Counted from the first letter of the stretch, positions 48,473 through 60,625 are shown. The stretch: DNA of 64,000 nt from Squalus acanthias (GCA_030390025.1 CM059431.1:156366001-156430000); one strand, 5' to 3'. The notes: a model not told the origin generated them from the letters alone. Made by a program: numbers and translations.

Positions 48473-49469
48473 TGTTCTTATACTCGAAACGAGTTTATTG
48501 ATGAACCAATCAAATTAATCAAAGAGCTTTTTGATAATAATGTCTGTCATTTTTTCAGTAACTGACGTGTCTAATCTTCAAAATAAATTCCGAAATAAAA
48601 ACAAAAACTTCATTTTCGCATCACCATCATTAAATCTAAAGATTGCATTGTTTTAATATTTATTTTAGTGCCTTTCATGAAGATTAAACTTCAAAGCCTT
48701 TGCATTTCTCAGAAACCTGGGTTTACATGAATATTTGTTAACCTCAGAATAGTTGAATAAATCTTTCAAAGACATATGTACATTCTGAGTTGTTCGAATT
48801 TCAGAGTACCAGAAAGTCACGTTTCATATTTTTTCCAAGTACCTAACTCCAGAGCCGCTCTCTTTTCAAAAACATTTAAGCCACATCCCCAGTGCTCCCT
48901 GATCCCAGGTCTGGCCCCAGTGCTCTAAAATCCTGAGATCTCCACTCATTTTCCAGGATCCTAAAGCTAATGCTAAACCGTGAGACCTCAATTTACACAA
49001 AAATATATCGATGTTACAGCACGGAAACAATCCATTCCGCCCAAACAGTTAATGACTTTCTTTATCCTCCACACGAGCAAATTACTCCAATCATATTGGC
49101 ACGCCCTGTTCCAAATTCTTTTGCGAATTTCAAGGTAATTGACTGAAGTAGAGGTGACATGAGGAAACAATTTTTGCCCAGCGAGTTGTTGCAATAGGTA
49201 ATTGGAAACGGTGCTGGCTGTTGCTGTAAAATCCATCCCATGGGATGTTATGAAAGAATGATAATTTATTCTGTCCTGGTACAAGTATTAAACTGGGTCT
49301 ACAACTATTTCAGATGTAACTTGCAATTTTGGCGGAGTTTACGGAAGTTCACTTCTAGAGCGGGGCCTCACACACAGATGGAATATTATTAGAAATTCCC
49401 GGATTGATTGCCCCCATTTACCCATAAACTGCAGCACGAAAAGGGATAGTTAGATGCGGCTGCAAAGGA

Positions 49470-51040
49470 ATTTGGAAAGCTAGGTTAGTCGTGGTTCTTG
49501 TCGGGACCAGTGACAAAGGGTAAAAAAATGAGGAGTTCTGGCTGAGGGAGTATGTGCAGTGAAGAGCTAAATTAAAAAAAAACATGTCCTCAAGGGTGCT
49601 AATCTCAGGATTATTACCCGAGCCACGTGCTAATTGCCATAGAGTCAAGCAGACAAGAAAGGTGAACACGTGGCTGGAAGAATGGTGTGGGAGGGAGGGG
49701 CTCCATTTCATGGGACACTCCTACCAGTACTGGGCAAAGAGATAGCTATACCGTTGGAACAGGCTGTACCTGACCCGGGCTGAAGAAAATTCCTAGTGGA
49801 AAGGATAAATAGCGTGGGAAAAATGGACATTAAACTGTTAAATCCGGGTGGGGACCGGGCTCAGTCATAAACAACAGTAACAATGACAATTGAACGATAC
49901 AAAATGATAACAGCGGAGTTCAGGTCACCACACTGATACTCCAGTTGAAGGGAATACTAAAATAATTAAAGCACTTACAGCAGAATTGACAAATAAGAAA
50001 CCTGTAGAGTAAACGGTGTAAGAAACACAGAATCAGGTCCAAAGGTCAACTTAGGGTCCCTTTCACAATTAAGAGTTTTATATACTAACGTATAAGAAAT
50101 AAATTTAATGAATTGGAGGCTCAAATGTGTCAAATGGATTCGAGTCTGCTGATGATACAAAGCTAGGTGTGAAAGTAAGTTGTGAGGCAGGAGCAAAGAT
50201 GATGCAAAGGGATATAGACACTTAAAGTGAGTGGTAGAGAATACGGCAGATGGAATATAATGTGGAGAAATGTGAAGTTATCCACTTTGGTACGAAAAAT
50301 AGAAAAACAGATCGGGAAATGTTGCGATTCAGGGCGAACTGGGTGTCCTTGTACACTGCAAGTTAGCATGCAGGTGCAACAAGCAATTAGGAAAGCAAAT
50401 GATCTGTTAGCTTTAATTTTTTTTAAAGATTGGTGTTTAAGAGTAAATAAGTCGTACTGCAATTATTCCTTGGTGAGAACACACCTGGAGTACTGTGTAA
50501 AGTTTTGGTCTCATTACCTAAGGAAATATATGTTTGCCTTTGAGTTAGTGCAGCGAAGGTCCAACAGACTGATTGCTTGGGATGAGGGGATTGCCTATGA
50601 GGAGAGAATGAGGAGACTAGGCCCATATTCCCTAGAATTTAGAAGAATGAGAGGGGATCTCATTGAAACATATAAACTTATTAGAGGGCTTGACAGGGTA
50701 GATGCTGGGAGAGGTTTCCCCTGGCTGGGGAGTCTAGAACTAGGGAACACAATCTCTGAATAAGGGGTCGGCCATTTAGGACTGAGGTGATGAGGAATTT
50801 CTACATTCAGATGTTTGGGAATCTTTGGAATTCTCTGCACCAGAAGAAAGTGGTTGCTCAGTCGTTGAGTATATTCAAGACATAGATCAGTAGATTTGTG
50901 AATATTAATGGTATCAGGGGATATGGGGATAGTTCAGGAAAGTGGAGTTGAGGTAGAAGATCAGCCATGTTCTTATTGAATGGTGGAGCAGGTTCGAGGG
51001 CCCGCATGGCCTGCTCCTGCTCCCATTTCTAATGTTCTTA
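49470..51040 (+). mobile_element. Degenerate, internally deleted CR1 (ORF1 esterase remnant, start of EN, RT C-terminus, tail)
   Basis: ISGLLPEPRA, NTWLEEWC, ADDTKLG and EFRRMRGDLIETYK motifs; tail at ~50960-51040. Confidence 0.8.
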
Positions 51041-51336
51041 AATACAGCTTAGAGGGCACGTATCGTATTTATTACTGGAACATGCTGTAATCTGGTCGTG
51101 ATTGGGAGTTAAAAATTCCAGGTTATAAATTCTGTAGAAAGGATAGGGAATCTGCAACAGGAGGAGAGGTAAACTTAGTGATAAAAGGTATATTACAGCA
51201 TGAGTGAGAGAGGATACAGGTGAGGGAAAATAATCAGATGATACTCTGTGGTGGGAATTGAGGTATAAGAAAGTACTTAAAGCTTTAATGGTTGTTGTCT
51301 ACAGGCTTCCCGATAGCAGGAATGAAGATACAGAAT

Positions 51337-54300
51337 GGCCCGTATTTTCCGATCAGAGGCTTCCTGCGTGCGATGGCCTCCGATCTGGAAAAAAACATCT
51401 ACACCGTTACCTGAGCGCTACTGAGGTCCGGACATTTCCGCTCCTGGGCCTCTGCTCTACGAAATGCGCAGAGCCCAGGCATCCCAGGGGCGCAGGCAGT
51501 TACTAAGCATCCCTGGGATCACGTTGTCCATGGGAAACCAATGAATACGTGGCTAGAGGAATGGTGCAAGGGGGAGGGATACAAATTCCTGGGACATTGG
51601 AATCGGTTCTGGGGGAGGTGGGACCAGTACAAACCGGACGGTCTGCACCTGGGCAGGGCCGGGACCGCTGTCCTAGGGGGAGTGTTTGCTAATGCTATTG
51701 GGGAGGATTTAAACTAATGTGGCAGGGGGTTGGGAACATGATAAGGGAGACAGAGCAAAGCATGTCAGGAAGGGACAGAAGTTATGGAGTAAAAGGTAAA
51801 GTGTTAAATAAGGAAAAAGCAGGAAGTAAGTGTCGCAAAACACATTTGAAAGTTCTTTATCTGAATGCACGTAGCATTCGTAACAAAATTGACGAGTTAA
51901 AGGCACAAATAACTATGTATGGGTATGATCTTGTGGCCATTACAGAAACATTGCTGCAGGGTGACAACGTCTGGGATTTAAATATGCCAGGTTATTTAAC
52001 AATCAGGAAGGACAGGCAGGAAGGAAGGGGAGGGGGGGTGGCTATGTTAATAAAGGAAGTAATCACTGTAATACAGAGACATGATATTGGGTCAAAAGAT
52101 CAGGATAATGAGACAGTTTGGGTAGAGATTAGGAATAATACGGGGAAAAAACACTGGTGGCAGCAATATATAGGCCTCCTAATAGTTGCAACTCTGTTGG
52201 AAGAAGTATTAATCAGGAAATAGTTGGGGCATGTAATAAGGGAACAGCTATAATTATGGGGGATTTTAACTATCATATTAACTGGACAAATCAATTTGGG
52301 CAGGGCAGCCTTGAGGAAGAGTTTATTGAGTGTCTTAGGGATGGATTTCTTGAGCAGTATGTAACTGATCCTACAAGGGGGCAAGCAGCCTTGGACCTGG
52401 TACTGTGTAATGAGTCGGGATTAATTTATAATTTCCTAGTTAAGGATCCCCTTGGAATGAGTGACCATAACATGGTTGAATTCCATATCCAATTAGAGGG
52501 TGAGAAGTTTGGTTCTCAAACAAGCATACTGAGCTTGAATAAAGGAGACTATGATGGCATGATAGCAGAATTGATTAAAGTGGACTGGGAAAATAGATTA
52601 AAGGGTAAGACGGTACATGAGCAGTGGTGTTCATTCAAGGAGTTAATTTACAACTTTCAAAATAATTATATTCCACTGAGGAAAAAAGGGTGTAAAAGAA
52701 ATGACAGCCATCCATGGCTAAGTAAAGAAATTAAAGAGAGTATGCAACTAAAAACAAGGAGATATAAGTTAGCCAAAGTTAGTGGGAGGATAGAAGATTG
52801 GGAAGTCTTCAAAAGACAACAAAAAGTAACTAAAGGATTGATTAAGAAAGCGAAAATAGACTATGAAAATAAATTAGCAAAAAATATAAAAACAGATAGC
52901 AAGAGTTCTATAGTTATATAAAAAGAAAAAGGGTGGTTAAGGCAAACGTAGGTCCCTTAGAGGATGAGACCGGGAAATTAATGGTGGGAAACATGGAGAT
53001 GGCAAAAATGCTGAACAAATATTTTGTTTCAGTCTTTATGGTAGAGGACACTAACAATATCCCAACACTGGACAAACAGGGGGCTCTAGTGGGGGAGGAG
53101 CTTAATACGATTAAAATTACTAAGGTATTGGTACTCAGTAAAATAATGGGATCTCAAGGCGCATAAATCCCCTGGACCTGATGGCTTACATCCTAGGGTC
53201 TTGCGGGAAGTGGCAGTAGGAATTGTGGATGCTTTGGTAATAATTTTCCAAAACTCCCTGAACTCAGCAAAGGTCCCGGCAGATTGGAAAACTGCTAATG
53301 TAACACCCTTATGTAAAAAGGGTTGTAGGCAGAAGGCTTGAAATTATAGACCAGTTAGCCTAACATCTGTGGTGGGTAGAATTTTGGAGTCTATTATTAA
53401 GGAGACAGTAAAGGACCATTTAGATAAACATAATTTAATAGGACAAAGTCAGCATGGCTTTATGAAGGGGAAGTCATGTCTGACAAATTTGCTCGAGTTC
53501 TTTGAGGACATAACGTACAGGGTGGATAAAGGGGAACCTTTGGATGTAGTGTATTTAGACTTCCAGAAGGCATTCGACAAGGTGCCACATAAAATATTAT
53601 TACTCAAGATAAAAAATCACTGGATTGGGGGTAATATTCTGGCATGGGTGGAGGATTGGTTATCTAACAGGAAGCAGGGAGTTGGGATAAATGGTTCATT
53701 CTCGGACTGGCAACCAGTAGCCAGTGGTGTTCCGCCGGGGTCGGTGCTGGGTCCCCAACTCTTTACAATCTATATTAACGATTTGGAGGAGGGGACCGAG
53801 TGTAACATATCAAAGTTTGCAGATGATACAAACATGGGAGGGAAAGTAGAGAGTGAGGAGGACATAAAAAACCTACAAGGGGATACAGACAGGCTGGGTG
53901 AGTGGGCAGAGATTTGGCAGATGCAATACAATATTGGAAAATTTGAGGTTATGCACTTTGGCAGGAAAAATCAGAGAGCAAGTTATTATCTTATGGCGAG
54001 AAACTGGAAAGTACTGCAGTACAAAGGGATCTGGGGTTCTTGGTGCAAGAAAATCAAAAAGTTAGTATGCAGGTGCAGCAGGTGATCAAGAAAGCCAATG
54101 GAATGTTGGCTTTTATTGCTAGGGGGATAGAATATAAAAACAGGGAGGTATTGCTGCAGTTGTATAGGATATTGGTGAGACCGCACCTGGAGTACTGCAT
54201 ACAGTTTTGGTGTCCATACTTAAGAAAATACATACTTGCTCCCGAGGCAGTACAAAGAAGGTTCACTCGGTTAATTCCGGGGATGAGGGGGTGGACATAC

Positions 54301-55276
54301 GAGGAGAGGTTGAGTAGATTGGGACTCTACTCATTGGAGTTCAGAAGAATGAGAGGCGATCTTATTGAAACATATAAGATTGTGAAGGGTCTTGATCGGG
54401 TGGACGCTGTGAGGATGTACCCAATGATGGGTGAAACTAGAACTAGGGGACATAATCTTAGAATAAGGGGCTCCTCCTTCAAAACTGAGATGAGGAGACA
54501 CTTTTTCACTCAGAGGGTAGTGGGTCTGTGGAATTTCCTACCCCAGGAAGCTGTGGAAGCTACTTCATTAAATACATTTGAAACAGAAATAGACCGTTTC
54601 CTAGAAGTAAAGGGAATCAGGGGTTACGGAGAGCGGGCTGGAAATTGGACATGAGTTTGAGTTCGGATCGGTCAAGTCCCTGTGGGTGGCGGAGCAGGCC
54701 CAGGGGCCGAGTGGCCAGGTCCTTCTCCTGCTTCTTGTGTTCTTTAGAGTTGATGTTGGATCACCTCAGCCATGATCTCATTGAATGGTGGAGCAGTTTC
54801 GAGGGGCCGATTGGTCTACTCCTGCTCCTATTTCTTATGTTCTTATGAAAGAAGGGAATCCCCCTTCGTACTTTTGACAGGTCTCATAGCTTAGGCTTGT
54901 CAAAACTATGAATGGGGATCACTCAAAAAACACATCAAAACATTAATTTGTTTTTTAAATCACGTTATTAAAATTAGTTAAAATTGCATTAAATTAAATA
55001 TAGATTTTACGGTGCTAAAAATAAACTTACCTTTTTAAAAAGTATTTTAAAATTATAAATGAGTGAAATACATATTTTTTTATTTTTTTAAACACTTATG
55101 CTGATAAAAGCAGGCCTTATGCCTGCTGTTACGAGGCGTAAGATTCTAAGTGATTTCAGTGGGCGGAGGTTCTGCATGAAGCGGAACTCTCCAAACAGAG
55201 TGGCCCTTCTTCAGGCCAGCCGGAGGATCTGTCAAGAGAATTCTTGACAGATCGGAAGTGCCGGTTTTCAGCGCAT
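51337..55276. mobile_element. Hairpin-rich non-coding element (51337-51545 plus 54845-55276), probably a non-autonomous DNA transposon, split by a CR1
   Basis: Serial inverted repeats on both sides of the CR1, including a perfect 12-bp stem GATCTGTCAAGA/TCTTGACAGATC at 55226-55253. A matching right terminus was not found. Confidence 0.5.
51541..54847 (+). mobile_element. CR1 LINE (subfamily A), 5'-truncated near the end of ORF1; ORF2 frameshifted
   Basis: Consecutive ORF2 pieces 51717-54654, doubled 3' UTR, and TSD ATGAA at 51541-45 and 54845-49. Confidence 0.95.
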
Positions 55277-56037
55277 CATAAGGAGACCAAACCAGCACGC
55301 AGTACTCCAGGTATGGTCTCACCAGCGCCCTGTAAGGTTGTAGCAAGACTTTCCTACTTATATACTCCAACCCCCTTGCAATAAAGGCCAAATTTTAATT
55401 TGCCTTCCTAATTACTTGATGTACCTGCATCCTAACTTTCCGTGTTTTATGTACGAGGACACCCAGATATCACTATACAACAGCATTTTGTAGACTATCT
55501 CAATTTAAAAAATAATTTGCTTCTTTATTTTTCCTACCAAAGTGGATAAACTCACATTTTCCCACATTGTACTCCATCTGCCAATGTTTTGCCCACTATC
55601 TTAACCTATCTATATCCCTTTCCAGACTCTTTGTGTCCTCCTCACAACTTGCTTTCCCACCCATCCTTTTATCATCAGCAAATCTCGCTACAGTACACAA
55701 GGTCCTTACATCCAAATCATTAATATAGATTGTAAATAGTTGAGGGCCCAGCACTGATGGCTGAGGCACCCCAGTAGTTACAGTTTGCCAACCTGGAAAT
55801 AACTCATTCATTCCGACACTTTGTTTTCTGTTACTTAGGCAATCCTCTACCCATGCTAATAGATTACCCCCAACACCGTGAGCTCTTATCTTGTGCAGTA
55901 ACCTTTTAGGTGGCACCGTATCAAATGCCTTTTGGAAAACAAAATACGCTACATTTACTGGTTCCCCTTGATCCACCCTACTCATTACATCCTCAAAGAA
56001 CTCCAATAAATTTGACAAACAGGATTTCCCTTTCATA

Positions 56038-56823
56038 AGCATCCACGATTCTGAGAGGGTTGTGAATAGCACATTTAGTGAGTTGGTCACACCGCAGGTT
56101 AAGGCCAGAGTAGATAGTACATGGGTGACCAAAAGGCAGAGCAAGGGCAGGAAGGTAGTGCAGGAATCCCCTGGGGTTGTCTCCCTCAGCAACAGGTTCA
56201 CCGCCTTAGGTGCTGTTGTCGGGGGGGATGACTCATCGGGGGAAGGCACCAGCAGCCAGGCTCATGGCACCATGACTGGCTCTGTTGCAAAGAAGGGAGG
56301 GAAAAAGAGTGGCAGGGCTATAGTAATAGGGGATTCGATTGTAAGGGGAATAGATAGGAGTTTCTGTGGTCGCGACCGAGACTCCAGGATGGTAATTTGC
56401 CTCCCTGGTGCAAGGGTCAAGGATGTCTCGGCGCGGGTGCAGAACATTCTGGAGGGGGAGGGGGAACAGCCAGTTGTCGTGATACATGTTGGTACCAACG
56501 ACGTAGCTAAAAAAAGGGAAGAGGTCCTACAAGTAGAATTTAGGGAGTTAGGAGCCAAGCTAAAAAGTAGGACCTCGAAGGTAGTAATCTCTGGATTACT
56601 ACCAGTGCCACGTGCTAGTAAGAGTACAGAGAACAGGATAGTTAGGCTAAATACGTGGCTTGAGCAGTGGTGTAAGAGGGAGGGTTTTAAATTTTTGAGG
56701 CATTGGGACCAGTTTTGTGGTAGGTGTGACCTATACAAAAGGGACGGTCTACACCTGTGCAATGATGGAACTGATGTTCTCGGGGTAAATTTTGATAAAG
56801 CAGTTCGGGAGCATTTAAACTAG
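56038..56823 (+). CDS. CR1 ORF1p, N-terminally truncated (SGNH esterase domain)
   Basis: Open frame with GDSIV, GTND and DGLH, ending ...EHLN*. Confidence 0.85.
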   Translation, partial: SIHDSERVVNSTFSELVTPQVKARVDSTWVTKRQSKGRKVVQESPGVVSLSNRFTALGAVVGGDDSSGEGTSSQAHGTMTGSVAKKGGKKSGRAIVIGDSIVRGIDRSFCGRDRDSRMVICLPGARVKDVSARVQNILEGEGEQPVVVIHVGTNDVAKKREEVLQVEFRELGAKLKSRTSKVVISGLLPVPRASKSTENRIVRLNTWLEQWCKREGFKFLRHWDQFCGRCDLYKRDGLHLCNDGTDVLGVNFDKAVREHLN

Positions 56824-59800
56824 TATGGCAGGGGGCTAGAAACCCATGTAGTGAAATAGAGGAAAGTGAAAGGCAGACAGAAATAAATGGTAAAAAGGAG
56901 AGGAACAAAAAACAAAGGGCCAAACTAATTCATAAAAAATGTGAGCATAAAAAAAGCCTGAGGGTTTTATACCTTAATGCGAGAAGCATCAGGAACAAGG
57001 TAGATGAATTAGCTGTGGAAATAGAGGTTAATAATTATGATCTAATTGGGATTACGGAAACATGGTTGCAGGGTGAGCAGGGCTGGGAGCTTAACATACA
57101 GGGGTATTCAGTATTTAGGAAGGATCGACAAAAAAGAAAGGGAGGAGGGGTAGCATTGCTGGTAAAAGAGGGGATAAATGCAATTGAAAGGAAGGATATT
57201 AACTCAGTTAATACAGAATCTATATGGGTGGAGCTAAGAAATAGCGAGGGGCGAAAAACATTAATAGGAGTGGTATATAGGCCTCCAAATAGTAAAATAG
57301 AGGTTGGGGAGGGCATCACGAGGGAAATTAGAGAAGCGTGCAATAAGAGCACAGCTGTCATCATAGGTGACTTTAACTTACATATAGATTGGACTAGCCT
57401 AATCAGTAAAAATAATGAGGAGGAGGAATTCCTTGAGTGTTTAAGGGATGGTTATCTGGATCAATATGTCGAGGAACCAACTCGGGAACAGGCTATATTG
57501 GACTGGGTACTGTGCAATGAGAAGGGACTAATTAGTAATCTTGTTGTACGGGGACCCTTGGGTCAGAGCGATCATAACATGATCGATTTCTCACTCGAAA
57601 TGGAGAGCGAAGAAATTGACTCAGAGACTCAGGTCCTGAATTTAAACAAGGGGAATTATGATGCCATTAGACGGGAACTGAGTAGGTCTGATTGGACAAC
57701 GTTCCTGGGAGGACTGGAGGTAGATAAACAATGGCAAGCATTTAAAGATAGAATGACAAAATTGCAAAAATTGTTTATACCAATCTGGCATAAAAGGAAA
57801 TCTAAAAAGGTGACTCAACCGTGGATAACAGGGGAAATTAGAGACAGCATAAAATCCAAAGATAGGGCGTATAAAATAGCCAAAAAACGCGCCAGAGCGG
57901 AAGATTGGGAACAGTTTAAGATAGAGCAAAGGAGGGCAAAGGGCTTAATCAAGAAGGGCAAAATAGCTTACGAAAGCAAGCTGGCGGAAAATATAAAAAC
58001 TAACTCCAAAAGCTTTTATAAGTATATCAAGAGGAAAAGACTGGTGAAAACCAAAGTTGGTCCATTGCAGTCAGATACGGGGGAATATATAATGGGAAAT
58101 AAGGAAATGGCAGACCAACTAAATGCATACTTTGGGTCAGTCTTTACGAAGGAAGACACAAAAAACCTCCCTGGGATATCGGGAAAAATAGGGACATTGG
58201 CAAAGGAGGAACTGACGCAAATCAATATCTCTAAGGATATGGTGTTAAGGAAGCTAAAGGGATTGAAGGCGGACAAATCCCCAGGGCCTGATAACATGCA
58301 TCCTAGGGTACTGAAGGAGGTGGCCCTAGAGATAGCGGATGCACTAAGCATGATTTTTCAGAATTCATTAGACTCGGGAACAGTGCCCATGGATTGGAGG
58401 GTAGCTAACGTTACCCCACTATTCAAAAAGGGGGGTAGGGAAAAAGCAGGTAATTACAGACCTGTAAGCCTTACATCAGTTGTGGGCAAAATGCTGGAGT
58501 CCATCATTAAGGATGAAATAGCCGAGCACTTAGCAAATGGGGACAGGATAGGACAGAGTCAACATGGATTTACAAAGGGTAAATCGTGCTTGACTAATCT
58601 ATTGGAATTTTTTGAGGGAGTAACTGGTAAAATAGATGGGGGAGAGCCAGTAGATGTGGTGTACCTGGACTTCCAAAAGGCCTTCGATAAGGTCCCACAT
58701 AAAAGATTAGCATGGAAAATTGAAGCTCATGGGATAAAGGGGAAAGTATTGACGTGGATAGAGAACTGGCTGTCAGATAGAAAACAGAGAGTTGGAATAA
58801 ACGGCTCATTTTCTGAATGGCAGGCAGTAACAAGTGGGGTACCACAGGGATCTGTCCTGGGTCCCCAGCTGTTCACAATTTATATTAATGACCTGGATCA
58901 GGGAGTCGAATGCAGCATTTCCAAATTTGCAGACGACACTAAACTAGGAGGGGGGGTGGGCTCAGAGGAGGAGACCAGGAAGCTCCAGAGCGATTTGGAC
59001 AGACTGGGTGATTGGGCGGATAAATGGCAGATGCACTATAATGTGGACAAGTGCGAAGTTATCCACCTTGGGTGCAGGAACGGGAGGGCAAATTATTATT
59101 TAAATGGCAATAAATTGGGAGAGGGGGAAGTACAGAGAGACCTGGGTGTTCTTGTACACCAGTCACTGAAGGCGAGCATGCAGGTGCAACAGGCGGTCAA
59201 GAAGGCAAACGGTATGCTGGCCTTCATAGCAAAAGGGTTGGAATACAGGAACAGGGATACCTTGCTGCAGCTGTACAGGGCACTGGTGAGACCACACCTC
59301 GAGTACTGTGTACAGTTTTGGTCGCCTCATCTGAGGAAAGATGTTCTTGCCATGGAGGGGGTGCAGCGGCGATTCACCAGGCTGATACCAGGAATGGCGG
59401 GATTGACCTATGAGGAGAGACTATGTAGTTTAGGGATGTACACACTGGAGTTTAGAAGATTGAGAGGGGACCTCATAGAAGTGTATAAAATTCTGACAGG
59501 TCTAGACAGATTAGATGCAGAAGGAATGTTTCCCTTGGCGGGTGAGAACAGAACTAGAGGACATAATTTAAGGATAAGGGCTAAACCATTTAGGACAGAA
59601 ATGAGGGGGAATTTCTTCACTCAGAGAGTGGTGAACCTGTGGAACTCATTGCCACAGAGGGCAGTGTACGCCAGCTCATTAAATATATTTAAGAGGGAAT
59701 TAGATATATTTCTACAGGCAAAAGGGGTTAAGGGTTACGGAGAGAAGGCGGGGACGGGATACTGAATTGAAGGATCAGCCATGATCTCATTAAATGGCGG

Positions 59801-59863
59801 AGCAGGCTCGAAGGGCCGGATGGCCTACTCCTGCTCCTATCTTCTATGTATCTATGTATCTAT
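56039..59863 (+). mobile_element. Young CR1 LINE (subfamily B), 5'-truncated in ORF1, both frames uninterrupted
   Basis: TSD ATAA at 56035-38 and 59862-65; (CTATGTAT)n tail. Confidence 0.97.
56814..59765 (+). CDS. Intact CR1 ORF2p (APE endonuclease plus reverse transcriptase); start given at the putative frameshift site
   Basis: The 916-aa ORF extends upstream without a stop through LRVLYLNARS to TTT AAA CTA at 56814. Motifs TETW, GDFN, SDH, QGSVLGP and FADD are intact. Confidence 0.92.
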   Translation, partial: FKLVWQGARNPCSEIEESERQTEINGKKERNKKQRAKLIHKKCEHKKSLRVLYLNARSIRNKVDELAVEIEVNNYDLIGITETWLQGEQGWELNIQGYSVFRKDRQKRKGGGVALLVKEGINAIERKDINSVNTESIWVELRNSEGRKTLIGVVYRPPNSKIEVGEGITREIREACNKSTAVIIGDFNLHIDWTSLISKNNEEEEFLECLRDGYLDQYVEEPTREQAILDWVLCNEKGLISNLVVRGPLGQSDHNMIDFSLEMESEEIDSETQVLNLNKGNYDAIRRELSRSDWTTFLGGLEVDKQWQAFKDRMTKLQKLFIPIWHKRKSKKVTQPWITGEIRDSIKSKDRAYKIAKKRARAEDWEQFKIEQRRAKGLIKKGKIAYESKLAENIKTNSKSFYKYIKRKRLVKTKVGPLQSDTGEYIMGNKEMADQLNAYFGSVFTKEDTKNLPGISGKIGTLAKEELTQINISKDMVLRKLKGLKADKSPGPDNMHPRVLKEVALEIADALSMIFQNSLDSGTVPMDWRVANVTPLFKKGGREKAGNYRPVSLTSVVGKMLESIIKDEIAEHLANGDRIGQSQHGFTKGKSCLTNLLEFFEGVTGKIDGGEPVDVVYLDFQKAFDKVPHKRLAWKIEAHGIKGKVLTWIENWLSDRKQRVGINGSFSEWQAVTSGVPQGSVLGPQLFTIYINDLDQGVECSISKFADDTKLGGGVGSEEETRKLQSDLDRLGDWADKWQMHYNVDKCEVIHLGCRNGRANYYLNGNKLGEGEVQRDLGVLVHQSLKASMQVQQAVKKANGMLAFIAKGLEYRNRDTLLQLYRALVRPHLEYCVQFWSPHLRKDVLAMEGVQRRFTRLIPGMAGLTYEERLCSLGMYTLEFRRLRGDLIEVYKILTGLDRLDAEGMFPLAGENRTRGHNLRIRAKPFRTEMRGNFFTQRVVNLWNSLPQRAVYASSLNIFKRELDIFLQAKGVKGYGEKAGTGY

Positions 59864-60625
59864 AAAACAATGTTGACTCTGCTTGATTGTATTATGATAT
59901 TCTAAATGTCCTGCCATTAATTCCTTAATTATGGATTCCAGCATTTTCCCAATGACAGATGTTAGGTTAACTGGCCTATAGATTCCTGCTTTCTGCCTCC
60001 CTCCTTTCTTGAAGAGGTTCGTTATATTTGCGATTTTCAATCCGCTGGGTCCTCTCCAGAATCAAGGGAATGTTGCTAGATTGCAACCAACGTCTCCACT
60101 ATCTCTGCAGCCAAATATTTTAACACCATAGGATGCAGGCCATCAGGTCCAGGGTACTTGTCAGCCATTTGTCCCATTAGTTTGCATTGCACTTTTTCTC
60201 TAGTGATAATCATTGTTTTAAGTTCCTTCCTCCTTATATCCCCTTTTTATCAATTATTATTGAAATGCTTTTACTGTCTTCTACCGTGAAGACGGATACA
60301 AAATATTTGTTCAAAATCTGCCATTTCCCTGCTTCCCCTTATTTATTCCCCAGTCTCATCCTCTAAGCGTCAACGTTTACTTGAGCTACTCTCTTCCTTT
60401 TTATTTACCTGTAGAAGTCTGTTTTTATATTTTTTGCTAGTTTACACTCATTATCTATAATTTCTCTCTCTATTATGTTTTTCGTCATCCTTTGATAGTT
60501 TCTAAAACTTTCCCACTCCGCTGGCCTACCACTAATCTTCGCAACACTGCATGCCTTTTATTTCAATTTGATACCATCTTTAACTTCCTTAGAAAGCCAC
60601 GGATGGCTTATCCTTCTCGGAGAGT

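Noticed and set aside
55596..56249. 217-aa minus-strand ORF as a novel fusion protein
   Set aside because: Accidental read-through from antisense ORF1 of the young CR1 into RT of the older host element across the insertion junction.
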